Shown piece by piece: positions 27,424-47,855 of a DNA stretch of 64,000 nucleotides; position 1 is the first letter of the stretch; each line of letters begins with the position of its first letter. The translations under genes and the position numbers were made by a program. The stretch comes from Salpingoeca rosetta (Eukaryota; Protista; Choanoflagellata), in contig JAWQFM010000023.1 in the NCBI GenBank assembly GCA_033442325.1, positions 388,403 through 452,402 of the forward strand, in the 5' to 3' direction. The notes under the pieces were generated by a model. It was given only the letters and a program-made list of their open reading frames with translations. It did not search any database and had not been told where the DNA came from.

Positions 27424-28980
27424 ATGGCTCTGGTGACGTCCCGCGCCCCGCCACACCTGCAGCAGCGCTTCAACACCTACGGCATTGCCTTTGAAGACAC
27501 GGATACCGCCGCACACGCAACCGCACACGCAACTACAGACGCCTCACCAAGCAACACCAACGCTAACGTCGCACGCAAGAACAGCTGCACCGCATCACCA
27601 TCAGCAGCATCCATGAGCGCCCAAACCGCCGTGTACTCGCCGCCCCACATCATCTTCCCACGGATCGGGGCTGTGCGAGAGACAGACACAACCAGTGACA
27701 ACGCCATGGGCTGCCACCGATCGCGCTCCCGCACGCACCCGCGCAACTACCAGCCAGCATCACCGGCGGCGTCCAAGAAGCAGGAGCTTGGCCACCAACG
27801 CGAGGCTGACCCTGCGCAATGGGAGGAAGCCCCTGCATCCCCAATTTCCCCAACTTCACCCACATCACCCACATCCCCGACGAGCCGGTTGGAAGCCAAC
27901 TGGCTCTCCGCCATGCGCGATGAGGAGCAGCACGGGCAACAGCAGCGCCACACAAGCGCCAAGCCGGGTACCGTCCAGATCGCAGAGCACAGGCGCACCA
28001 GCTTGCAGCGACCAGCCCCACAACACCACCACCAGCACCACCAGCAACAGCCCGGCGTCGCCACTACCACTACCGATGCCACCTGTCGACAGAATGCCAT
28101 CCATGTGGCAGATGGACAGCAGGAGCTGGAAGACCAGCAGACCCTGCACGAGAACCTGGAGGTGCTCATGACCTGCAAGGACATCACCCACTTTCTCCAT
28201 GCCGAGGCCGACAGCGCCACCTACCTGACACCGCCACGCACCCCCGCCCCGCCCTCGCTTGACGACAGCACCACCTCGGACGAGGACGCCGCCAGCGCAG
28301 AGGAGCCCGCGCCCAAGCCGCGCAAGGCGCTGCGGTGGGCGGACGAGTGCGGCGGCCACCTGCAGCACCACATGCCCTTCTTCATGTACGACGAGCCCTG
28401 GCGCTGCAGCAAGGACCGCGCACAGGCTCCCGCGGCCTACCACACGCTGGAGAACAACACCATCGCCTGCAACGACGAGGCCATGGTCTTTGACGCGTCC
28501 GTCCTGCCGCACACGGCGCCAGCCATGGACACGCGCATCGCGTCCAAGCACGTGCAGGTCGAGGCCGTCACCCTGCAGCTGCCGGCCGTGCACATCTCCG
28601 TCCGCGTCGCCGACGAGTGCTTTGAGAAGAAGATTGTCGTCCGCTACACCACAGACAACTGGGCATCCTTCCACGACGAGGAATGCGACTACGTCCCCGG
28701 GGGCGTGCCGGGCACCACCCGCTTCTCCCTCACGCTGCGCCTCAACAACTACCGCCTCATCAAGAGCATCATGTTCTGCGTCTGCTTCACCACGGGCGAC
28801 GGCGCAGAGTACTGGGACAACAACGACGGCGGCAACTACGCCATTGTGCGCGACCCAAACGCCCGCCCAGCGTCCACCTGCTCCTCGCCGTCAGCGCGCC
28901 GTAACTCGGACGACCTCTTTACCCACCCGGTCTTTGGCTTCGACGCCGACCGCGACGACGCGTGCTGCTTCTACTACTGA
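27424..28980 (+). CDS. Protein phosphatase 1 glycogen-targeting regulatory subunit (PPP1R3-like, CBM21 domain); intronless
   Basis: RVxF-like docking motif RKALRWAD. CBM21 motifs VRVADECFEKKIVVRYTTDNW and FCVCF...EYWDNNDGGNY. Confidence 0.9.
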   Translation: MALVTSRAPPHLQQRFNTYGIAFEDTDTAAHATAHATTDASPSNTNANVARKNSCTASPSAASMSAQTAVYSPPHIIFPRIGAVRETDTTSDNAMGCHRSRSRTHPRNYQPASPAASKKQELGHQREADPAQWEEAPASPISPTSPTSPTSPTSRLEANWLSAMRDEEQHGQQQRHTSAKPGTVQIAEHRRTSLQRPAPQHHHQHHQQQPGVATTTTDATCRQNAIHVADGQQELEDQQTLHENLEVLMTCKDITHFLHAEADSATYLTPPRTPAPPSLDDSTTSDEDAASAEEPAPKPRKALRWADECGGHLQHHMPFFMYDEPWRCSKDRAQAPAAYHTLENNTIACNDEAMVFDASVLPHTAPAMDTRIASKHVQVEAVTLQLPAVHISVRVADECFEKKIVVRYTTDNWASFHDEECDYVPGGVPGTTRFSLTLRLNNYRLIKSIMFCVCFTTGDGAEYWDNNDGGNYAIVRDPNARPASTCSSPSARRNSDDLFTHPVFGFDADRDDACCFYY

Positions 28981-29942
28981 GCTCGCGCAAGCGCAGGCGC
29001 AGCGGCAGGCAGTAGTGAGTGATGGGTGTCGCGGTGTCGCAATGGCTGAGCGTTCTTCGCTCAACCACGCTTGGGACCTTGCCGCCATCATCTCTAAACT
29101 AAGCAACCCTCTTCCCCCCCCCCCTCTTCTTGATTCTTTCCCCTCTTCACACACACACACACACACATCTGATTGATTTTATATCTGCTATCTTTCCTCT
29201 CTACCTTTTCCCCTCCTCTTTTCGACTCTGCTCTTCACCTCGCCAAACTTGGCACGTGTGCCCTTCCTTTGCATGTGCTGTCGTGCCCGCGCACCCATGC
29301 CCCATGTCGGTTTCCGTTGTGCCACCCCTGTCCCCACTGGCACCTGCCGCCTTGGTCACAGCCGCTGTGCGGCGTGTTCTCTGTGCGCGCGTGTGTGTAC
29401 ATGATGTGCGTGGACTGTGATTGGTGCCTGTGGTTTTGTCTCCTTGCTACTTCTCTGAGCATTGTTGCAGCTTTGAATGGGATTTTGGTGTGCGCGACAC
29501 GCATTTCATGTCTTGTGTGCTATCCACGATGATGATGATGATGCCCGTGCTGTTATTTCTGGCCACACGTTACCGTTTCCCCCCTGATGCCTTCATCATG
29601 TCACAGCACTTGATTGCACTGCTTAACTTCTTTGAATGGCGATTTGAGTTTTGATTTGTATCCATCCTTGTTTCCCTATTGCATACGCTGACGATCTTGA
29701 TTCGCAAGTCCCCACGCGCGCGCGCACACACATGCATACGCAACGCATAAATTACTCTCTCGACCCTCAAGCATGTGAATGATGAATGATGACCAGACAT
29801 GGCAACACATAGAAGCCTGGTGAACAGCAAGGTATCGTGGTGATCACAACACAGGGAGAGAGGGCAGTCAGAAGCACAGCGTTGTGCTTCTTCATGCTGC
29901 ACATACGCGTGTGTTTATATGTACACAAGCATCCACAACCAT

Positions 29943-29987
<45 letters not shown>

Positions 29988-30026
29988 CTCACACGCCATG
30001 ACACACCCATTCCCACATACACACCA

Positions 30027-38618
<8,592 letters not shown>

Positions 38619-38961
38619 CACTTGCTGTTGTCAGTCACTTGCTTGTTGTCACTTGCTTGTTGTTACTTGCGACTCTGCGCTCCTGTCAGGGCTGCTCTTT
38701 GTGGTTTGTTGGTTGGTTGGTTGGTTGGTTGGACGGATGACACGAGAAAGACACCGCGAGTGCGAGACAGTCAAGCACCTGCTGCCTGCCTGCTGAATGC
38801 CTTCTCTGCCCCTTGCTTTGGCTGGTGGGTGCGACACAGCCCGAGTGGTGATGACGCGCACGCTGGGCAGGCAAGACACAACAACACACAACCCTCACCC
38901 CAAAACAAAAACAATCGCAGCAGGGCAGTTACAATCCCCGGCATCACAAAATGTAGTCAGC

Positions 38962-38981
38962 TTTGGCGGGAAACTTTTGAA
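38962..38981 (+). promoter_or_regulatory. E2F-like site (TTTGGCGGGAAA) followed by a CHR-like TTTGAA in a divergent promoter
   Basis: Motif match only; lies between the divergent starts at 38618 and 39282. Confidence 0.35.
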
Positions 38982-39281
38982 AAGGAGGTTTGTGTGGGTG
39001 TACGCACGGACAGAGTTGTGTGTGCCTGCAAAGGTGTACAGCTGCAGCAAAGGTGGTCTTCTGTTTGCACGCTTGGCGGCTGTGCACAGCCTCCAAAGCC
39101 AAGAGCACAGGAGGTTTGTCTTGTTTCCTTCGCTTTTGTTCCAAGCAGGTTGCAATGTAGTGACCTGCTTCGTCGCTTACAATCCTCCCGCCATGCATTT
39201 ATTCTATGCACACGTCAACCATTCATTCACTCATCGATACAAACACCTTCTCACCTTTTCTCTCTCTCCCTCCCGTGGTCC

Positions 39282-40056
39282 ATGATGTGGCAGCCACCAA
39301 GCAGCACTAGTGGCAGCATCGGCGGTGGCAACCATGGCGCAGGCCAGGCACCGGCAACACCGTCTGCTCTTCATCAGCAGCAGCATGGTGTTGGTGGGCT
39401 GGGTCAGTTTGGGGCGTTTCAGCCAAACGCCAGTCCAAGTGTGAGAGCAAGCCTCCGGAACCCGCACCAGCGACAGCGCCAGCGAAACTCAAGTGCAGCC
39501 TTGCCAACAACGACAACACCAACAACGGCAACACCAACAACAACACCGACGACAATAACAACACCAACAGCAACAGGCCGAACGACCTCGTCGCCGTACG
39601 TCCCCATCTCCCTCGACCTTGATTTTGGGGCGTCAACGCCCTCCACTCCAGCGTCGCATGTCAACACCCAGCTGATCCCTCGCACGCCCAGGTCTGCGCC
39701 TGAGCCGCCCACAATGTCTGGGCTGCGAACACCGGCGAACGCCTATTCTGCGGCCGCGCATTCAGCCATGACCGCCCCAAGAAGCGCCGCGGCCAGCATT
39801 CCCGCCTCTTCCACGCCATTTGTGTCGATACCGTCCTCCCATCCAACGACACCCTCTGTGCAGGCACGACCAAGCAGCCCAAGACAACGACAACAACAAC
39901 GACAACAGCAGCACCACCACCACCACCACGGTGGCGTACGCGACCAAGCGGCCCACAATACCACCACGGCCACGAACGACCCAGGCACTGTGGCGATCAG
40001 TCGACACACATCGTCTGCTCAGTGGATGCACCAGCAACAGCACCAACAACAAGAAG

Positions 40057-40125
<69 letters not shown>

Positions 40126-41051
40126 AGCAACAACAGCAACAACAGCAACAACAGCAGCAACAACAGCAGCAGCAGCAAGCACACCAGCAACAGCAAGAAC
40201 ACCAGCAGACAGAGTACGGGGACCTCACGATCGTAAACGCCAGTGGTGACAATGACGAGAAGGACCTCAACAACACCAAGACCAACACCATTAGTGGTGA
40301 TGGCGGTGACGACGACGCGCGCCACGAGGCATTCAGCGCTGCCAACTCCACTACACCCGAGGGCGCTCGCAAACGGAGCAGTGGTACCAACAGTCCATCC
40401 CCCTTTGACGGGGCCACCAACGACGAGGCACTCGCAAAGGCTGCTGAAGCGGTGTCCATCAACTCCCAGGTAAGCTGCGCGTGGCGGGGTGTGCGTATGA
40501 AGGTGATGTGGTCGCGGTGCTTTGCTGCGGTGGTGTGTCGGCTGTGGTTGCGAAGCGACAGATGTGACTGTGTTTTGTTTTTCTGTTCTGCATGTGTGCG
40601 GTGCTTGTTGGTTGTGATTTGCCCTGATTTGCATCCCTTCTCATCATCGACACGCAGCTGCTGGACCAGTATCGCACCGAAACTGTCGCCCTGCGCAAAC
40701 GCACCCTGCAAACACGCGGTGAGGACGAACATGTTGTCCCAAGTCGGGGCCATTCCGTGTTCGCACGTCGTGCACACTACCTTGTTGTGTGTGTGTGTGT
40801 GTCCATATGTTTGCGTGTATGTTTGTACGTGCGCGCTGCATGTAATTGCTTCATCACCACGTGCAATTGACGCGGTCTGTTGTTGTCTTGTCGCTGTGGT
40901 GCTGCTGTTCGTGTTGTTTGTAGGCCAAGCAGCCCAGCTCCTCTCCGCATACGTCAAGGTGGCCGTGCGGCTGAAGGAACGTGAGACAGCTATCGCGGAG
41001 CTCAGCAAGCAACTGCAACAGGCAAACAAGGACGAGCAAGCTTGTGCCTGA
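39282..41051 (+). CDS. Low-complexity P/T/S- and polyQ-rich protein with a C-terminal coiled coil; ~3 exons
   Basis: Exon 1 MMWQPP...SINSQ ends at a GTAAGC donor (40469). Exon LLDQYRTETVALRKRTLQTR follows, then ...RLKERETAIAELSKQLQQANKDEQACA*. The 3' end is uncertain. Confidence 0.6.
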
Positions 41052-41591
41052 ACAAAGACAAGACATGAAAGGCAGGGCTCTTTCACACTGCAATCCTGCA
41101 AGTTTCGTCGGTATTTCTACACATCCAAGTGTTGTGCATTGTGTGTGTGTGTGTGTGTGTGCGCGTGTGTGTGCGCGTGTGCGTGTGCGTGTGCGTGTGC
41201 GTGAGTGAGCGAGTGTGTGTGTGTGCACCTCTGCGCACAAACTCTGAGCAGTAAACAGCGCAAAGCACGCACGTTGTTGCGACAGTATCCAAATGCTTCT
41301 CTCCTGTTGTATTTGGAACAAAGCGAAGAAATGCGGTCTCATTACACACACGCGTGATGGGTTGCGGCCAGATAGAGTAACAAGGTGCCGGAGCAAGCGA
41401 AAGGATGTCGTGAAGAGGGTCGTGTAAGACAAGGTGAGCGAACGGTGCTGTGGATTAGGTAACTGTCAACAGAGAACGATAAGCTGGAAGAAGGATAAAG
41501 TCAAACAGGGGCACAAAACCAAAAGGACAGCACAATGAAGAGCAGCCCTAGCACACACACACATGCGTGGCATGCGTGCACACAGACACAG

Positions 41592-41623
<32 letters not shown>

Positions 41624-41630
41624 AGACACA

Positions 41631-41683
<53 letters not shown>

Positions 41684-41739
41684 GTACACTAGAAACACGC
41701 GCACGGTTGACGAAGGACGTATGGACAGGAAGTCACATG

Positions 41740-44199
41740 CTACAGGTTGCTGGTCTCGCTGCACTGGCCGAGGGCACCGGCAAAGACAGCGAGAAGCCGA
41801 AGCTGCACAGCCGTCAGCCCGGCAAGCTGGCTGTTCTTGGCCAGGGACCACTGCACGCTAATCGGAACGGGATCCTGCGGCAGCGTGGTCCACAGGTTGC
41901 CGTGATACATGGCGTGGACCTCTGGCGAAATTGTTGGCGACGACGGCGCAACAGACGCGTCCTCGTGCTCGTAGCCGTTTTCCGGGCGCAGGGTTGAGGA
42001 TGACGATGCAGACGACGTAGCAGACGACCGCTTGCTCGCCTCACTCGTGCCGCTCGTGCTGTCGTCAGAGCTGCTCATGTTCTCCACCACAGACATGCGC
42101 CGCCCAGCGTACGGCTGGCGTGGCTGCTGAGGCCGCTGCTTGGCTTCAGGCCACATGTCGGCAATGGTCTCGTACACGTGTTCGCCACTGTCGTCCTGGT
42201 CCTGGGTGTGTGTCTGCTGCGAAAGATGCTCGCTCGCAACCCCTTCGTCCGAGTGCAAGTGCTCCATAATCAGCTGTTGCATGGTTGGCGACAGCGCGCC
42301 CCCACCTGCCCGCGGCAGGCCGCCAACGACGGCTGCGTGCGTCGAGTGCTGTGTTTGAAATTCCCGGCGAAGCTGGTTCACTCCATACACATCCCTGCAG
42401 TGAACAGTACGCACGTACAGATGAGCATGAGTGTGAAAGTGGGTGTGAAAGTGTGTGTGAAAGTGGATGTATGTGTGAGTGTGTGTGTGTGTGTGTGGCG
42501 TGTTTGTATAACTGTGTGTGGATCTGTGTGAACATCACACAAATTGGTAGCACGGCTGCTTCACCTACCGAGACAGGTTGCCAGTCCACTTTTGGCGAAG
42601 ATGCACTGCAGATGTAAGAATAGCATGCAACACCACAAGGCGAAGGTGAGCCGGTCATGAAATTGCTATTGGGATCGAGCGTTCGAGTGCAAGAATGACA
42701 CGCCCAGGTAGATTAGCAAAGATGACAACTACAGAGCATGTATGGTGACAACATATTGTTGTATTGCTTGGTTTTGAAGCATGTGCGCGTGAGCGTGTGG
42801 TTGATGCTGGTTGATGCTGCGTGCATCAGACCTTGGCGTTTGTGCGCTGGTTCCGTCTTCTGTCGTGAGCGCAGCACGTCCAGTAGACCACTGACACAGA
42901 GAGAGCACAAGCACGCAAGCGCATTCGTGAGCCCCATATTGCTCGCTTGCTTGAAAACACACATCCTCAATCACAACAGTGGCACGCTTGCTGCGAGCGC
43001 TTAGTGCGTGACATGGTTCACAGCTCACGCAGCAGCACACCAACAAGCTCCACAAACAAACAACAAAGCAAACGTGAAGGGAGCCGCAACGTGCAACGCA
43101 CGTATTGTTGTTACTGTTGTTGCTGCTGAGGTTCTGGGCGGAGTGGATCAGGTCGTCGCCAGTCTCTGTCGGATACATGAGCTGCTGCCAGTTGGCGCTG
43201 ATGAACGACCCCAGCGTCGGCAGGTGCTCAGATTGGACTAACGTACATGTACGTGCGTGTGCGTGTGTGCATATGTGTGCACGTGTGTGTGCATGTGTTT
43301 GTAGGGGTGCGGTGTTAGCATATGTGCGAATGGCAAGTATTCAAGCAGGGGAGAGGGTTGCAAAGAGGAAGACGGCAGAGAGGAAGGAATAGTGTGCATC
43401 CCTGTATGATGACAGGTGGATATGCTTGCAGGCAACATCAACAACGTCACACTTACGCAAGTGGGACGGCAGCTTCAGCTGCGAGGCGTGCGCTTGGCTC
43501 TGGTCAAGTGGCTTCATCTGCACAACAGCGAGAGAGGGAGGACGTTGGTCTGCTTGAGTTCCCAACGACGCGGAACATGCACACGAAACAAGCGCTACCA
43601 AGCTCAACCCAGACACATGCAAGCGCGCGTAGAATCATACTTGCTCTTTCCCCTCCTCTGCCATTGCCACTGACCAGATTCTGCTTGTCCTCCATCTTCT
43701 TCTCTGCAGCGAGGCGGCGCATGTTGTACTCTTCTTCCTCCTCTTCCATCTGCCGTTTCAGTGCGAGTGTGGACGCCTGCAGCTGCTCCAAATCTGATGT
43801 CGAAATTGTGCGCATGCAACCAAAACAGTGGGAGGCACGTGGTGGTGTGCGTGAGACCAAGCAACGGCACACACCCACACCCACACCCACACCACACACA
43901 AACAAAACCCACGCGCGGATGTACACCCACCCACACACACACCCACAACCACAACCCCCCCCCACACACACCCCCACACACAAACACACACACAACCCCC
44001 CCCCCCCACACACACAAACAAACAAAACCCACGCGCGGATGTACATACCTCTGTCCTCTTCGGTGATTGCGAGCGTGGACTGCTCGTATGTGTGGAGGTC
44101 GCGCCGAATGATGTCGAGATCAATGCTCTCGGTATCAAACTCATCTTCGGCAATGGCGAGCGAGCCAACGCCGGCTGTCAGGTCTCGTCGCGACAGCGC

Positions 44200-44242
<43 letters not shown>

Positions 44243-46384
44243 GGTGGCGGCGGTATGAGTGTGAGTGTGAGTGTGAGTGCGTGTGAGTGTGAGTGTGAGT
44301 GTGAGTGTGAGTGTGAGTGTGAGTGTGAGTGTGAGTGTGAGTGTGTGTGTGAGAGTGTGTGTGTGCTAGTCAAGTGCTGGATTGAACGATTGTGTGGAGG
44401 GTGGGAAGGTGACGCAGGCACAGACAAGACAATGGGAGAAAGAGGAATCGAGCAGCGACACTCTTGCCACTACAACAATCACCACCAGCACCATCAGCTC
44501 ACCTGTGCGCGGCTTGAGCGGGTGATATCCTGCGTATGCGCTCGTGTCCTCTGTGAGATCGGCACCAGCGGCGGCTGCGCCTCTATCGTCCTCGTCGTCA
44601 GCTGTCGGCGGTAGTGGTGCAATGTCTGGCAACAAACAACGAAGGAGAAACCGATGCCAATCTTCGCCTTGAGCACACGCAGACACACATGCACACATAC
44701 GAAAATATTCACACACACACGTGTTTACACACATCGCGCGCACACAAGTGTTCGCACACGCACGCGACAATATATGCTGGTTCACCTTTGCTTTTCCGAC
44801 TTCCGCGTCGCCGAATCCGCAGCGATTCACGCATGCGATGGAGCTGCCAAACAACAACATGAATTGCAAATATGAGCAAGGTGGTGCCATGGACCAAGCA
44901 AGACGGTTGTTGGGTGCTTGCAGGCACGGTTGAAGAGACAGCATTCACACACACGCACAACCCTCCCCCCAACACCCACCCCACACGCATATCGCCTCAT
45001 ACGCACCATGCCCTTCTTCTTGGTCGATGCACTGCCATCGGAATCTGGTCGAGATGTTGTTATACGCACGCAATGGGAGGGTCAAGATGTGAGACAACAC
45101 AACAGACATTCAATTGTGACAGGCAATGCTGGCGCTCGACCATCGGTTCGGCATTGAAAGAAACGGTGCGCAGGTGCACATGCGGTGTTGTATGTACGAA
45201 ATTGTGCTGCGTTCATCGTGTACGGGGATCACGTGAGAAGATATGGGCAGACAATCAAATCAAACATGCGGTATGGTCTGGCGGGACATCCAAAAGTACC
45301 TCGTTTGGCCTTGGTGGGCGTGGATGATTTGGAGAGGCGCTGTGAACAATAACAGAACAGCATGCACAGCACGTGTGATAAGTGATGGACGAGAGGAGAA
45401 GCAAAACTATTGGGAGAAATAACACGCACGCACGCAAAGACAGGGACACAGATACACACACAGAAAGGGACAAACACACTGACACAACACACACATATAC
45501 AGGCACAAACACACACACACACACACAGAGACAAACGCACGCACGCACGGAGAAGGACACATCCACACAGCTCCTTCACCTTCATGAACTTTGGCGATTT
45601 CTTCGGCGACTTTGGCGGGGGCTGCCGTGGGCTGCGGGATGCCGGATATGACGTGGTGTCCTGACCAACAACCATCTGTTCAAGACCAGCCGAAATCGTG
45701 CACGCGAGCGAGTGTTTGCGCATGCGAGCGAGTGTTTGCAAGGGGGAGTGAGTGAGTCAGTGATTGTGTGTGTATGTGTGTGTGATTGAACAAACAGCAA
45801 CAGGACGAACTCATGAGGCAACTCAAGTTGCGCACAATACGCCACTGCACACTCTCACTTATCGCACGTGAAGAGCACGTTTTCGTGAGCGTACGCACGC
45901 GCGCCACACATACCTCGTCTGTCTTGCTTGAGACGGCGGGGAAATCGTCGCCATAATCCCACGACATTGTGTATGTGTTGGTGACTGACGGCTGCGCAGA
46001 TCCAGACACCGTGTCCTCTCTGCACAGCCGGCAAACACGTGTGAAACAAGCAAAGGGGTGGATGGGAGTGAGGGTGTGTGTGTGAACGCGCGCGCGGCGT
46101 GCGGGGGGGGGGGAATGGTTCCATTGTGGGCACATACTGTGCTATCAACTGTCTGTGTGCATGTGCACGTGGATGTCGATGTGGACGTGCATGTGTGTGC
46201 ACATGTAACCCCAACAGGGAATGCTGCGTTGCGTATTGCACTCACGTGAGCGTCTTTAGCTCCTCCGACGATCCACCGCCCAACTGCATGAGAACAACGA
46301 CGCCAATCGTCGAATCAAGAGTAAACGGGTATTGTGGGCATCAATACAAAGCGAAGCGGAGTGCGGCATGACGTAGCACCATGC

Positions 46385-46441
<57 letters not shown>

Positions 46442-46571
46442 GTTCGACGAGGGAGTGGACGTTCTGCCGCGTTGTTGGGATGTCAAAGTCGAAGCGCTTT
46501 TGTCTGTGGTTCAGTAACATGTGCGCGTCGCGACATGCCAACACGGTGAATAAGAGTCAAACACAAAAATG

Positions 46572-46612
<41 letters not shown>

Positions 46613-46615
46613 ACA

Positions 46616-46672
<57 letters not shown>

Positions 46673-47782
46673 ACACACACACACACACACACACACACGT
46701 GCACACGGTGTTGATACTCAAAGAGGGGAGCCGACCTGCTGGTGGGCGTGTCCTTGGTTGGTGACATCCCGGTCGCTTGGTCCTGTTGTTGTTGATGTTG
46801 TTGTCGTTCAAGCGCCCGCGGGTGTGCGTCGTTTGAGTGCATGTGCAAAGCATGAGCGGCAGTACGTGAATGTGAGTGAGAATCAAGGGATTTGCATAGC
46901 GGTGCTTCTTTCAACTTCCCACGTTCTGGGACCACCCTTCTTTGTCCACACAGAGCACACACGCACGCACACACATACACACATGCCAATCCCACCTCGA
47001 AGAACTGCCGGTGCTCGTAGAATTGTTCGTAACGGAACGCTGGCGCCTTTGATGCCTTTGCATTTGCTTTTGATCCACGCCGTGATGGCCGTTCTAATGC
47101 GTGCGCGAATGGGTGTGGAGTGCGGGTGAAAACGCGAATACGCGTGTGCGCGTAAGCGTGTACATCAAGAAGTGAGTGTGTGTGTGTGTTTACGAATGAG
47201 AGAGCAGCTGTGCATGCGCACATGTATACGCGAATGTGTGTTTGCGCTGTGCACATATTTCGAGGGCGCTTGTGTGTGCATGCCTGCAGGCAAGCCTCGC
47301 ACCACTCCAACAAAGCGAAGACTCACCGCTAGACGGCCGGCGTCTACCGTGTCGGCTTTCCCACTTCTCAATCAGGCGCTTGGACGTGCCCTCGCTGATC
47401 TGCACGGACCGCTGACTTCGCAGCTCTGCTGCAGTGTGGACAGCGCGACGACACGTGTGCCAGGCAGCAAGCGATGTTCATGTGTTGTGGAAGTGGAATA
47501 CAGGCAAGTGTGGTGTTGTAGTGGAGTGAAGTGTGAGGTGAGGTGCAGCGGAATGTGGTATGGTGTAGTGACAGGTATGAATGATACAGCAGCTATGTTG
47601 CAGCAGTTCAATACGACAGGTGACAAGCACCCACCGGGCGGTTCGTCGATGTGGCGCGTGCGCCGACGAAGGCGATCAACAAACTTGCGCATGATGGGAC
47701 GCCGCTCAGCCACGCGCTACAGGGGAACGTATGAACATGACGTATGAGCACGACGTGGTGACCATGACCAGCAATACTTGTG

Positions 47783-47855
<73 letters not shown>

